Translations under genes and position numbers: made by a program
In this document: positions 43,598 to 53,656 of the stretch, piece after piece
Numbering within the stretch: position 1 is the first letter of the stretch
Layout: the number at the start of each line of letters is the position of its first letter
IMG/VR virus record: IMGVR_UViG_3300011934_000017
Location: 124,001 to 188,000 of that record
DNA length: 64,000 nt
Reading direction: 5' to 3' (one strand)
Notes under the pieces: model-generated
The model's input: the letters and a program-made list of their open reading frames with translations, nothing else
What the model was told of the DNA's origin: nothing
The model's database searches: none

Positions 43598-44409
43598 AGC
43601 TCAGCCTTAATAATCCAGTTGAAACCCATCGTATTGGCAAATACGAAGTCTTTGTCAAGCGTGATGATATGATGGGTGATAATAAAATTCTTCCACCTTG
43701 GGGAAAGATGGACGCCATTGATAGTATTCTTCAAAGAATGGATCTTAGCGTACCTCTTATACAACTGAATGTCTTTGGTTCTTGGAGTGGTTGGGCACTC
43801 GCACGTCTCGCTAAAAAGTATGATTGCGAAGTACATGTGGTTCATCCTAAGACGAAGAAAATCACTGACGACTATATAGGTGTGATGGAAGAAGCAGGTG
43901 CTATCATTCATCCTATTCGACATAATATGATGCGCGTTTTGTACGCTCAGACGAACAACAGGGCGAAAGAAGAAGGTATGAGAATGCTGCCGTATGCATT
44001 CAACACACCGAAATATCTAAACGCTATGGCAAGACGTTTACGCGCTACTTTAGAAGAGCTGGGTCCCATAGATAACTTGGTGGTAAGCTCTGGTAGTGGT
44101 GTGACTGTTACGGGACTGTCTAAACCTTTTCTTGATCTAAATCCTAAAGGTCAAGTCTACACTGTTTGCGTTTCGTCCGAAAATTCGATTCGTAAAACGT
44201 TTAACAGTCGTGAAGTCAGCACTGATCCTGTTCACATTATCAAGTCACCGTATGAGTTTGGTGATACGATGCCTAAAGTTGAAGTTCCTTTCTCTTGTAA
44301 TCAGTTTTGGGATAAGAAAGCTTGGCATTGGTTGACGGAGAACAAGAGCATTCTTAAAGGTAAGCGTACACTGTTCTGGAATCTAGGTGGTGAGTATACA
44401 TTTTTGTGA
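43594..44409 (+). CDS. PLP-dependent fold-type II enzyme (ACC deaminase/D-Cys desulfhydrase-like)
   Basis: VFVKRDD...WGK, VVSSGSGVT..GL, LFWNLGG. Confidence 0.8.
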   Translation: MKLSLNNPVETHRIGKYEVFVKRDDMMGDNKILPPWGKMDAIDSILQRMDLSVPLIQLNVFGSWSGWALARLAKKYDCEVHVVHPKTKKITDDYIGVMEEAGAIIHPIRHNMMRVLYAQTNNRAKEEGMRMLPYAFNTPKYLNAMARRLRATLEELGPIDNLVVSSGSGVTVTGLSKPFLDLNPKGQVYTVCVSSENSIRKTFNSREVSTDPVHIIKSPYEFGDTMPKVEVPFSCNQFWDKKAWHWLTENKSILKGKRTLFWNLGGEYTFL

Positions 44410-44420
44410 GGATTGAATAA

Positions 44421-45263
44421 ATGGGCAAGCCGAAAGTTAAAGAATGTTTGATACGTAACCTGGAAAGATATGACGGACCTTTTGCTGTTCTTCTGTCGGG
44501 TGGTGCAGACAGTCACGCTAATCTTTTCGCATTACTTGAGATGGGCGCAGACGTACACGTATATAGCTGCACCTTAGAAGACAGGGAAAGCAGGGATTTT
44601 ATTTGTGCTCGCAGGACTGCTGAAATCTTTGATCTACCTTTCACACCTGTTATTTTACCTACAGACCTCGACCAGCTCCTTGTAGATATTCGAGAGAACA
44701 TGAGTCTTATCGGAACAAAAGGCAAGGTAGAGGTAGAAGCTTTATGGGCGTTTCGTAAAGCCGTTGATATTATAACAGAACCTAGTATCGTCAGCGGTCT
44801 GTCAGCAGGTATGTATTTTTGTTTGACCAAGAAAGGCAGCATACACTACGCACATACAGGAAGAATCGACGAATATCGTAGAGAGACATTTAAAAGAGCC
44901 TCTAATCCTAATAATCAAGGGGCCAAGATGAAACGATATTCGAAAAGCGTTGGAAAGAAGTGGATAAATCCTTGGATAACCCGAGGAATGCTAAAGACGT
45001 TCTTAGGAACTACATGGGAAGATGTAAATAAACCACGACAAAAAGAAGCGATCCGCGCAGACTTTGAAAAATACTTTGCAAAAACCAAAGTGTTTAATCA
45101 ACGAGACATGCACAAAGGTGATAGCGGTATGTCTGAGCTATTCGCTAAATTGTTGGAAGACCCTAAGGTAAATGTTAGGAATCATAAATCTGTTGTTGGT
45201 ATCTACAATATGATACGAGCAGAAGAGCTGGCCAGAGTAAATAAAGGCCCTGGCTTGTTCTAG
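44421..45263 (+). CDS. asparagine-synthetase C-terminal-like PP-loop ATP pyrophosphatase (no glutaminase domain)
   Basis: AVLLSGGADS, D...AR..A..F.L, VSG.SAG, NPW, KE..R..F. Confidence 0.8.
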   Translation: MGKPKVKECLIRNLERYDGPFAVLLSGGADSHANLFALLEMGADVHVYSCTLEDRESRDFICARRTAEIFDLPFTPVILPTDLDQLLVDIRENMSLIGTKGKVEVEALWAFRKAVDIITEPSIVSGLSAGMYFCLTKKGSIHYAHTGRIDEYRRETFKRASNPNNQGAKMKRYSKSVGKKWINPWITRGMLKTFLGTTWEDVNKPRQKEAIRADFEKYFAKTKVFNQRDMHKGDSGMSELFAKLLEDPKVNVRNHKSVVGIYNMIRAEELARVNKGPGLF

Positions 45264-45275
45264 TCGGAGAATGCA

Positions 45276-45938
45276 ATGCTTACTTTCCAACATTTAGATA
45301 AACTCACCATAAACGAATTTTTTGAAAGCGACTTGTTTTTTGAGTTGCACTCTCTGTCTGGTATGAGCATATTTAGCGGTAGTACGGAAACAGTAAAAGA
45401 GAAATTGCTAGATTCTGTACACAACCAACAAGAAAAGGTTTCACACAACCTCGTATGTTCGAATGGAAAACCTGTTGGTTTCTTTTCTTTGAAGACGCAC
45501 AGTACCTACTTTTACTACGACACCTTTACAGATACAGTAGAAGACTTAGGTAATGCGGTAGAGTTTTCTAGTTGGTTTGTTTCTAGTAGCTATAAAAATC
45601 TAGTTTCTCCTACCGCCGCTATAATGAGAAAAAGCTTAGAAATGGCAAGTGACATTGGACGCATTGCTGTGTTTGGTGTGCGAGCACAGTATTACGAAGA
45701 CGGTACTCCAATGTTTCTTTCTGCGAATAGAGATTGTTGGAGTCACGAACCGCGACCAGACTACAATATATCTAATGGGCCTAAAAACTTGTCTGTGACG
45801 CATCCTTCTTTTCATCCTGATTCTTTTGGTATTTTAAAAGCTGCTCACCTGTTTGGCTTTAATATGTTTGGTTTAGATGCTTACGACGGGAGTCCTAAAT
45901 ATCGCAAGTTTCTTTCTTCAATGAAATCTGTTGAATGA
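45276..45938 (+). CDS. GNAT-like protein
   Basis: NGKPVGFFSL...EFSSWFVSSSYK...IMRKSLEMA follows GNAT strand/helix order; weak. Confidence 0.45.
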   Translation: MLTFQHLDKLTINEFFESDLFFELHSLSGMSIFSGSTETVKEKLLDSVHNQQEKVSHNLVCSNGKPVGFFSLKTHSTYFYYDTFTDTVEDLGNAVEFSSWFVSSSYKNLVSPTAAIMRKSLEMASDIGRIAVFGVRAQYYEDGTPMFLSANRDCWSHEPRPDYNISNGPKNLSVTHPSFHPDSFGILKAAHLFGFNMFGLDAYDGSPKYRKFLSSMKSVE

Positions 45939-45982
45939 GATTCTGCAATATCCACTATGTAATGGTTTGATGAGGATAAATA

Positions 45983-46963
45983 ATGTCGATTACCGTAGAA
46001 AAAGACGATTATATAATCGTTCGTTACCGCAACAAGTCCGTTCTTTGTTTTGTGTTGAATGGAAAAAGCTGTAGAGGCGTTATAGAAAAAACGCTTCATA
46101 CCGATGATCCTGAGAATATCACTTACGAAAGTGAAAACGTTCTCTGTAATCTGGGTCCCAACCCACAAAATGGCAAAATCTACGGCATTGATGTTACACC
46201 GTATCGAAGCACCATAGATACAAAGACGTTTGGCCCCATTCATCTATTCCGTGACGTTCCTAAAAAGGAGCTTAAAGCGCTTCGTTCTGCAATGAAGACG
46301 GTGCACAAGAAATTTGAGAAAGAGGCGAGCACTGCCTTTCTACCTTTGTATCAAATGCACATTCTACCGAAGAAGGGCAAGTATGCAGGGTCATATCTAG
46401 CCAAGTCTAAAGGCAGTGAAGTATGGGACCAGATTAAACTGCATCCCGACACATTCGTTGATCCTATCTATAACGAATACCTGATTGCCCACGAGTTTGC
46501 ACACGGCCTCTGGTACCGCTGTGTGCCTATGGATATCCGAGCTAAGTGGATCAATCTATATCAAAAGCGTCGTAAGCTAAACTCTATTAATCAAAAGCAT
46601 CTGGACGAGCTTTACCAAGAGCTTATGCGTTATGAAGGTGGTATTCGTGATTACATCAAAGAAGTAGCCGACGATGAAGAAAAACTGGTAATCAAGGAAG
46701 TGTTGAACTACTTCAAGCGTTACCAGAGTATGTCTTCAGATGATGTGGAGCTCTTGTTGTTACATGATAGTGGCAAGCTTGCTGATATGTGGCCGAGCCG
46801 TGCTCTACTATCAGAGACCAGTCCCGACATTTCCACCTATTCTATGGTCAAGGTAGAAGAATTTTTTGCAGAGGCTGTGGCTTATCATTTTACAGGAAGA
46901 ACGTTACCTAAAGATGTTCAGAAAGGCATTTCTATCACCTTCAAAAAGTGCAAACAAGCTTAA
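45983..46963 (+). CDS. zincin-like metallopeptidase
   Basis: AHEFAHG (HExxH) and distal EEFFAEA. Confidence 0.75.
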   Translation: MSITVEKDDYIIVRYRNKSVLCFVLNGKSCRGVIEKTLHTDDPENITYESENVLCNLGPNPQNGKIYGIDVTPYRSTIDTKTFGPIHLFRDVPKKELKALRSAMKTVHKKFEKEASTAFLPLYQMHILPKKGKYAGSYLAKSKGSEVWDQIKLHPDTFVDPIYNEYLIAHEFAHGLWYRCVPMDIRAKWINLYQKRRKLNSINQKHLDELYQELMRYEGGIRDYIKEVADDEEKLVIKEVLNYFKRYQSMSSDDVELLLLHDSGKLADMWPSRALLSETSPDISTYSMVKVEEFFAEAVAYHFTGRTLPKDVQKGISITFKKCKQA

Positions 46964-47009
46964 TTCTAGCAGGGAAGCTTTTTAGCTTCCCTTTTTTAGG
47001 TTCAAATAG

Positions 47010-47017
47010 TGTAAATA
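47010..47017 (+). promoter_or_regulatory. TGTAAATA motif
   Basis: Intergenic, 35 nt before ATG 47053. Confidence 0.55.
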
Positions 47018-47052
47018 TTACTCAATATAACGCTATACTTAAGGCAATACTC

Positions 47053-47766
47053 ATGAACCTAACTAAAATCATGGAAAACAATTCAAGGCTGTTCTCTCAC
47101 GTTATAATCCCTAGACGAAGCGCTCCTACAAAAATTCGTCCCATTTTACCTCTCAAGATTAAGTTTCTAACAAAACCTAATTCTAAGCAAATCCTTTATT
47201 CTGGTTTGTACTTTTGCATTCCAGATAATCTTCTGTTTTACGAAATGGACTTACTAGAAAAGGCAATTATAAGCAGGTTGCCTGACATTTCTCAACCTTT
47301 GAACATACCGTATAGTCTGGTTACGAAACTAGATCCGTCATTTTATGGATACATAAATGGATTTCACGTCGAAGACAATAAGGCTTATATAGAATCTGCG
47401 AATTGTCTTTTTGTTAATCCTGACTCACCTTTATTACCTACGTCGCTCGAAGACCCTGCTTATGGTGTACTGCTTCCCCTTTATGAGGCGTCTGCTTGCT
47501 TATCTTATCTGTTAGCTTCCATATCCCTATATAGAGCTGGTGACTTTGATACTCTACCTACGATGCTAGAGAAGACTTGGAGTAAAGTAGAAAAAGCTTC
47601 AGGTGTAAATATGACTAAAGCATCTTTCATCGACGGTATGTTTAGAATCGGTCCTGACTTATTTGGTAACTCTATAGAAGATGATTGTGTGGCTCCCGGA
47701 CTTGCGCATCTTCTAGGTAGCTTTTTGTCTTTAGATACTGACGTGTCGAAACATTTGGAGTGGTAA
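47053..47766 (+). CDS. hypothetical protein (start trimmed)
   Basis: The track ORF's GTG start overlaps the upstream gene; first ATG is at 47053. Confidence 0.65.
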   Translation: MNLTKIMENNSRLFSHVIIPRRSAPTKIRPILPLKIKFLTKPNSKQILYSGLYFCIPDNLLFYEMDLLEKAIISRLPDISQPLNIPYSLVTKLDPSFYGYINGFHVEDNKAYIESANCLFVNPDSPLLPTSLEDPAYGVLLPLYEASACLSYLLASISLYRAGDFDTLPTMLEKTWSKVEKASGVNMTKASFIDGMFRIGPDLFGNSIEDDCVAPGLAHLLGSFLSLDTDVSKHLEW

Positions 47767-47768
47767 TC

Positions 47769-48914
47769 ATGGCTAAGAAAGCAAAAGCAGCACCAATTGA
47801 GACAACTACTAGCGGTGCACTGGCTGTAAAATACAGACCTGCAAAACTGAAAGACTTGTCTGGTCAACCACATATCACTACTCAGCTAAAAGGCATGTTC
47901 AAGTCTCGAAAAGTACCTGGCGCTTTTTTGATTGAAGGTCAAACAGGCGGCGGTAAGACGACTCTAGCGCGTATCATTCATAGGTACTTGAACTGCGAGA
48001 AAGGTACGGCTTGCGGTAAATGTGAGTCATGCCGTATTGACCCTAAGAACCATCCTGATCTTGTTGCTATAAACGCAGGTACTGATGGTAAAGTAGACGA
48101 CATTCGAAAGCTTGTCAAAGGTGCGCGTGTTGCTCCTTACCACAACAAACGTATTATCCTGATCGACGAGGCACATAAGCTAACAGGTGCTGCGGCAGAA
48201 GCTTTGCTGGTACCTTTGGAAGAACCAAGTCGTGATACCATCTGGATTTTGTGTACAACGAATCCTGAAAAGATGCTACCTACGATGATCAATCGTTGTG
48301 TGCATTTCACAATGAAGCCAGTCGAGCACCAAGATATCGTTAGTCGCCTTACTTTCATTGCAGAGAAAGAGAAAGTAGATTTAAGCGGGGAAGACGGTCA
48401 AGAAGCTTTGAGCCTGATCGCTGACTTTTCCAACGGCAGTATGCGTCATGCTGTAGCGCTTCTGGAGTCTGTGCTTTATGCTGTCGCTGGCGGTGCAGAT
48501 ATCAGTAACAAAGAGGTACTGTCGGCGTTTATTCAAAACTCCGAAGTTGATTTAGACAAGGCTGCCGTCAGTCTAGTCGCTGCACTAATGAATAATGATC
48601 TTAAAGGTGCTATTCGCTTTGTACGTAAAGCAGGTAACACACGCGGTCTTGTAAGCAAGTCACGTTGGTTAATTGACTACTGTATAGGCGCTAAGACTAA
48701 GACAGCCAAGTTCAAGCCGTACTCCGGTCGATTGTTTGAGAAGCTGGTCTCCGACAAAGGTATTGACGTTCGATTGGATGCTTTGCTGTTGCTTCAGATG
48801 ACCATTGTCGATGCTGAAATGAAGATGAATAGCACGTCCATCGATGAATCCGTTATTCTCCAAACAGCTATCGCCAAATACGCCTTCGATAATGTTGAGG
48901 AAGAGGAAGAGTAA
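47769..48914 (+). CDS. dnaX: clamp-loader AAA+ subunit, DNA Pol III gamma/tau-like
   Basis: KYRP...GQ, GGGKTT.AR, CGKCESC, IDEAH.L, LEEP, TTNP...NRC. Confidence 0.93.
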   Translation: MAKKAKAAPIETTTSGALAVKYRPAKLKDLSGQPHITTQLKGMFKSRKVPGAFLIEGQTGGGKTTLARIIHRYLNCEKGTACGKCESCRIDPKNHPDLVAINAGTDGKVDDIRKLVKGARVAPYHNKRIILIDEAHKLTGAAAEALLVPLEEPSRDTIWILCTTNPEKMLPTMINRCVHFTMKPVEHQDIVSRLTFIAEKEKVDLSGEDGQEALSLIADFSNGSMRHAVALLESVLYAVAGGADISNKEVLSAFIQNSEVDLDKAAVSLVAALMNNDLKGAIRFVRKAGNTRGLVSKSRWLIDYCIGAKTKTAKFKPYSGRLFEKLVSDKGIDVRLDALLLLQMTIVDAEMKMNSTSIDESVILQTAIAKYAFDNVEEEEE

Positions 48915-51292
48915 TGATAGAAGTCGATTCCTTTATTCTCCGAAATATCGTCTACTTCAACGAAGCCAAAGTTCCTGTACGTAAGAATAATGGTTTCGTT
49001 ATCATTTCTGGTCTAAACAAAGACAGTCGTATTGCAGAAGATCAAAACAACGGTGCAGGTAAGTCATTGCTTTGGTCGGCGTTTCCTAACGCATTGTACG
49101 CGGCTGCTCCTTCTAGCACAGCTAAGAACACAAAGAAGGACATGCTGGACAGTTCTAAGTCTGAGATTGAAATACGTTTTAAGAACAACAGGCAGCAGAA
49201 GGTAAAGGTAGTTCAAAAGCCTTCTAAGTGGCTAGTGTACGAAGAAGAACCTGATGGTTCCCTGAAAGATATCAAGTCACACCGCGTATCTAATCAGCAA
49301 GAAAAAATAGCAGAACACTTTCCTCTTTCACAGGACGAGTTCTATGCTTACACATACCTATCCAGTATTCAAGGCCAGCGCCTGCACTTTCAAGTAGAAA
49401 AGCCTGCTGAACGCCTTAAGTTTATCACTTCTATTTTTCAGTTAGATGCTTATGACAAGCTGAAGAAATATTTTACCAACATGCTTGGTAGAATCAAGGA
49501 TGAACAGACTAGGTTCTCCGTTCTTGAGTCGAAGCTTTTAAACGCTAACGTCCAGCTTGAAAGAATCCAATGGACTGAAGAATCAGTAGAGAAAGCCAAG
49601 AGAGCCAAGGAAAGCTTTGCTGATCTAAAAGTGAGGCGTGATAGTATAGCAAGAAGCGTTTCTAAAGGTGAGACACGAGTAGGTCAAATAAAGTCTTTGG
49701 TTCGTCTGCTAGAAAAGAAAGAAGCGTTAGGTATTCCAGAAGATACCGATGTTGACGATATGAAAGCCAAGCTTTGTGTACGGATGAAAATCATTCGAGA
49801 CTATGAAGCTTACCTCAAGGAGCTAAAATCGTACCAAAAGCGTGTGTCTAAAATCGAAGAGGCTTTGGAAGAACTCAACACCAAAGACTTGACCGATAAA
49901 AAGACGTTGAACAAAAAGCTTCCTAAGCTTCACAGTAAAGCAGAAGATTTGGTTGCTGATATTGAAAGGGCGCGGGAAAGCGAACGTAAAAGAAGCAGGC
50001 TTGCCGATAAAGTAAAAGAGTGCCGTAAAGAACTCAAAAGCTTAGGCTTCTCCTCTGCTGATGACGTTGATACAGATACCGATTTGGACGATGATATTTC
50101 TATCTGTCGTACCACACTCCAGTTAAAGAAGCTTTTAGACTCCAGCTCCGACTCTACTTGTCCTACCTGTATGCAGTCAGTAGACCTGAAGTCCATCAAG
50201 ACCAGTGTTAAGAAAGCAGAAAAGCGTCTGAAGAAACTGGAGACATTGAACAAGGCACGGCGTGTTCTTACCGAGCTGCAAGACTTTGAAACAGAGCTAG
50301 AGTCTGTGGAGAAAGTTGATTCTGTCGATAGTCTAAAAGAAACATTGAATGATACCAAATCGAAAATTCAAGCTGCCGAGAAAGAACTCAAATTGCACGG
50401 TCGCTTGCAAGAATTAAAAGAACAGCTTGCGGAAGAGGAAGAACCTAAGGCACCTAAAAAGACGCCACCTAAAAACGCCTCCATAGATGACATAGATGAA
50501 AAGCTGGCGCTGTTGAATGAGTTTGCCAAGATCGACCATTCTATCGAAGTGTTGATCGACGGTAGTAGCTTTTTGCTAAAGGCTTCCAAGAGTCCTGAGA
50601 AAGCATTGTCTAAGACCAAGATACAGTTAGATGATCTTTCGGCACAACTGGCTAAGCTTGATGCCGCCTATAAGATGGTGTCTAAACTTGTTAGTGAGTA
50701 CGACCTGCGTCTCGGCGAATACAGGGTTCTTTCAAAACAGAAGATTGAGCTGGAAGCCGAGTTAGAAGAGATTAAACCTATTCTTGAAAAGAGGGACCTG
50801 TACAAAGCACTAGAAAAAGCGTATAGCGCAAAAGGCTTGAAAGTATCTAAGGCTAATGAGATTGTACGTCTATTGGAAGCCAACCTGAATCGTTACTCTA
50901 ATCTGATCTTTGCAGAACCATTTACGTTCAAAGTATACGCGACTGAGCAAGGTGTCTTTTGCGACGTAGACCGAAACTCTGGTAAAGATTCTGATGTGCG
51001 CCTGCTTTCCGGCTCCGAGTCTGATAGTTTCCGTCTGCTGTTTATGCTAAGTCTATTACTTATGGTTCCGTCAGATCGCCGTACAAACTTCGTGGTGTTA
51101 GATGAACCTGAGTCACACATGGATCCCAGAACGCGCAATCTGTTTGCAGAGCGTTACATTCCTTTTCTACGCGAAGTAGTTCCACACCTATTCTTGATTA
51201 CTCCACAAGACCATCATATCTATAGTGACTTTGATCATTGGACTGTCGAGAAAGCTAACGGTGTTTCTACTCTCAAAATCAATTCACTGTAA
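48914..51292 (+). CDS. sbcC: SbcC/Rad50/gp46-like ABC ATPase
   Basis: NGAGKS, long coiled coils, Zn hook CPTC, LSGSE, LDEPESHMD. Confidence 0.93.
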   Translation: MIEVDSFILRNIVYFNEAKVPVRKNNGFVIISGLNKDSRIAEDQNNGAGKSLLWSAFPNALYAAAPSSTAKNTKKDMLDSSKSEIEIRFKNNRQQKVKVVQKPSKWLVYEEEPDGSLKDIKSHRVSNQQEKIAEHFPLSQDEFYAYTYLSSIQGQRLHFQVEKPAERLKFITSIFQLDAYDKLKKYFTNMLGRIKDEQTRFSVLESKLLNANVQLERIQWTEESVEKAKRAKESFADLKVRRDSIARSVSKGETRVGQIKSLVRLLEKKEALGIPEDTDVDDMKAKLCVRMKIIRDYEAYLKELKSYQKRVSKIEEALEELNTKDLTDKKTLNKKLPKLHSKAEDLVADIERARESERKRSRLADKVKECRKELKSLGFSSADDVDTDTDLDDDISICRTTLQLKKLLDSSSDSTCPTCMQSVDLKSIKTSVKKAEKRLKKLETLNKARRVLTELQDFETELESVEKVDSVDSLKETLNDTKSKIQAAEKELKLHGRLQELKEQLAEEEEPKAPKKTPPKNASIDDIDEKLALLNEFAKIDHSIEVLIDGSSFLLKASKSPEKALSKTKIQLDDLSAQLAKLDAAYKMVSKLVSEYDLRLGEYRVLSKQKIELEAELEEIKPILEKRDLYKALEKAYSAKGLKVSKANEIVRLLEANLNRYSNLIFAEPFTFKVYATEQGVFCDVDRNSGKDSDVRLLSGSESDSFRLLFMLSLLLMVPSDRRTNFVVLDEPESHMDPRTRNLFAERYIPFLREVVPHLFLITPQDHHIYSDFDHWTVEKANGVSTLKINSL

Positions 51293-51302
51293 GGGTACCA
51301 CC

Positions 51303-51635
51303 ATGTTCCGTCAGCGATTTTCTTGTCTGAATCTTCCTCAGCACCAGTTCAACGATACGTTTCGACTTTGGTTATCGGACTTGGATATCGCTAGACCCTT
51401 TTTGTTGGATGCTGATTGTGAAGAGTATTTTGTAATAGGTCAAAACGCTTTCAGCTTCATTGTACGTATGGAAGATCGAAGCTACCATTCTGTGCCTGCA
51501 CAAGGATTAGATAATTATCTAGGCTTGCTAAACAATGTAAAAGTCTACGGTAACGCATTAAGCAAATCCGATAATAAAAAAGCTTTTGACCTACACGACA
51601 ACGACATTGAATATAGGATAGAATACAAATGTTAG
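51303..51635 (+). CDS. hypothetical protein
   Basis: ATG at 51303 after AAGGG. Confidence 0.6.
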   Translation: MFRQRFSCLNLPQHQFNDTFRLWLSDLDIARPFLLDADCEEYFVIGQNAFSFIVRMEDRSYHSVPAQGLDNYLGLLNNVKVYGNALSKSDNKKAFDLHDNDIEYRIEYKC

Positions 51636-52387
51636 TTCTTGGTTCCGCTAACCACTCTCCCGATTTTATTTTGGTTTACCTGAAAAAGAAACTCAAAGCA
51701 GAAGAAAACAGAATAGCGCTGATAGCCTCCGAGACACGTATAGTAAACAAACGAAAGCCTTTCGACTTCTATATTTTTCTGAATCCTAAGGCGTTGCGTC
51801 GGAACCTGAAAATCGTGAATAAATTGGACAGTGTAGGTATTGTTTGCGGTCCACCTATTGAGCTAAACAACTTCGAAAATTTAATGCCTTTAGATCACGA
51901 AGAGTCTGACTCTCCACATCTGGAGGCTTTTTTGTTGGACACAATAGATAGAAACTCCTTTAAGCCGAAACAGTCACAACCTATTGTGTATCGTTCTATT
52001 GACTATGCTATGGTTGTGCAGGACAAAGTGGAGTCTTTTACAGGTATCCTCACGTCTTTTATGACGTTTGTTTATACGATGCCTAGCTCTTCGCACCAGA
52101 AACCCGTTAAAGAATTGGCGTGTAAATGGTTGGTCAGCGGAGCGTCTTTGGAGCAGCTAGAGAAAAAGCTCCAAGAGCTAACGAAAGACGTATACCTTAC
52201 AGATAAGCAGAAGGCCCGATTCCTTTCGTTGTTGAGTTCTGAATCGGCATTGGCATACAAGGACGCCTTACAAGAAGCTAAACAATACTCCATAGACAGC
52301 ATAGATTTCCGCAATATTGCAGACAAGCATTCCGTGTCAGCTTACGAAATGCGCTATATGCTGTCCGTTGTAAAAGCTCTGAAGTAG
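51629..52387 (+). CDS. hypothetical protein in the replication block
   Basis: 252-aa ORF overlapping the previous stop. Confidence 0.7.
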   Translation: MLVLGSANHSPDFILVYLKKKLKAEENRIALIASETRIVNKRKPFDFYIFLNPKALRRNLKIVNKLDSVGIVCGPPIELNNFENLMPLDHEESDSPHLEAFLLDTIDRNSFKPKQSQPIVYRSIDYAMVVQDKVESFTGILTSFMTFVYTMPSSSHQKPVKELACKWLVSGASLEQLEKKLQELTKDVYLTDKQKARFLSLLSSESALAYKDALQEAKQYSIDSIDFRNIADKHSVSAYEMRYMLSVVKALK

Positions 52388-52395
52388 TGTAAATA
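52388..52395 (+). promoter_or_regulatory. TGTAAATA motif
   Basis: In a 31-nt gap upstream of 52419. Confidence 0.6.
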
Positions 52396-52418
52396 GTTTC
52401 TACACAAGGAGATTAATA

Positions 52419-52604
52419 ATGCCTAAAAATTGCTGTAACGAATCGCTTGCTCTTGTATCGGTATACGATGCTCCTGAATCGGGCTATGCGTATAATCTGT
52501 TTGTCTGCCAGTCTTGCGGCACCATAATCAAAGAAGATGTTTGGAGCAATTCAGGCACCTTGACAGTAAAGACAAACGGTGAGGTAGTACATGAGCGTTC
52601 TTGA
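52419..52604 (+). CDS. small Zn-ribbon protein
   Basis: SD AAGGAG; NCC...CQSCG. Confidence 0.65.
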   Translation: MPKNCCNESLALVSVYDAPESGYAYNLFVCQSCGTIIKEDVWSNSGTLTVKTNGEVVHERS

Positions 52605-53655
52605 GGGTATTGCAACTGCGGACTGGCATTTTGGTGGACTAGCTAAGCACTTTCCAGATCACGTTCAACGGACCATATACGAAATAGACAAGGTATATCG
52701 GTACGCTATAGAGAACGGTATTCAACACGTATTTATGCCGGGTGATGTTAGCGATACACCACACATGCCTTACGAAGTGTATATCGCGCTTGTCCTGTTC
52801 CTTAAGAAATACGACGGTCTGATTAATACCTATTACATTCCTGGCAATCACGATTTTTCAGACGTTAAGAAAACAAGCATGGACCTTCTTAACGTTCTTT
52901 ACCAAAATCAGTTCTTCGAGACATTCCATCTACATCTACAGTACAAAGAAGATGAAATTGATGGGGTGCCTATTAATTTCCTTCCTTATCCTATGAAAGA
53001 AGCGCCTGCTTCTAATATTCCTCACCTAAATTTCTCTCACATAACATATAACGGCGCCATTGGTGATAACGGACGCAAGCTTAGGGTAAACGACGAGTTT
53101 ATACAGAATCCCGGTGATTTTAATATAAGTGGGCATATTCACCAGTACCAGTATATGAAGTCTAAGCGAGCCGTTTATTGTGGTAATCCATTTCAGAAAA
53201 ACTTTGGAGAGAAACTGCCAAAAGGCTCCATTCATTTCAAAGCTTCTGGTGGAAAAGAGAAGATTGGATTTAAGCACAAATTTGTAGACAACAAACCTGA
53301 CTTCAAGCTTCTTAACATCAAGATAGAAAGCAGGGATGACTTTGCAAAACTATCTACATCCGATGCTTATCGCTACAAACTATGGATAGCTCCGGGTATC
53401 GAACTTCCCAAAGACTTGCGTGTTCGCTTCCCTAACATAACAGGTGGCATTTTCGATCTTGAGTCCAAGGTAAAAACAAAAGAGATTGAAGCCGCTAGAG
53501 ATTTGGCTACGGGTTCTGTTTCGAACAGAGTAGACCTTACTTCTGGTCTTAAAACTTATATGAAGAAATCTGGCTTCAAAAAGAGAGAATACCAAGAAGC
53601 CAAGTCTATAGTCAAGCAAGCCGCCAACGAACTCGGTTTAGATTTAGGAGAATGA
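52591..53655 (+). CDS. sbcD: SbcD/Mre11/gp47-like metallophosphoesterase nuclease
   Basis: ADWH, GDVSD, GNHDF, SH, GHIH. Confidence 0.92.
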   Translation: MSVLEGIATADWHFGGLAKHFPDHVQRTIYEIDKVYRYAIENGIQHVFMPGDVSDTPHMPYEVYIALVLFLKKYDGLINTYYIPGNHDFSDVKKTSMDLLNVLYQNQFFETFHLHLQYKEDEIDGVPINFLPYPMKEAPASNIPHLNFSHITYNGAIGDNGRKLRVNDEFIQNPGDFNISGHIHQYQYMKSKRAVYCGNPFQKNFGEKLPKGSIHFKASGGKEKIGFKHKFVDNKPDFKLLNIKIESRDDFAKLSTSDAYRYKLWIAPGIELPKDLRVRFPNITGGIFDLESKVKTKEIEAARDLATGSVSNRVDLTSGLKTYMKKSGFKKREYQEAKSIVKQAANELGLDLGE

Positions 53656-53656
53656 A

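Noticed and set aside
44421-45263. QueC / 7-deazaguanine pathway
   Set aside because: It has SGGxDS but lacks the QueC C-terminal Cys cluster (CxxCxxC), and no FolE, QueD, QueE or DpdA genes are in the window.
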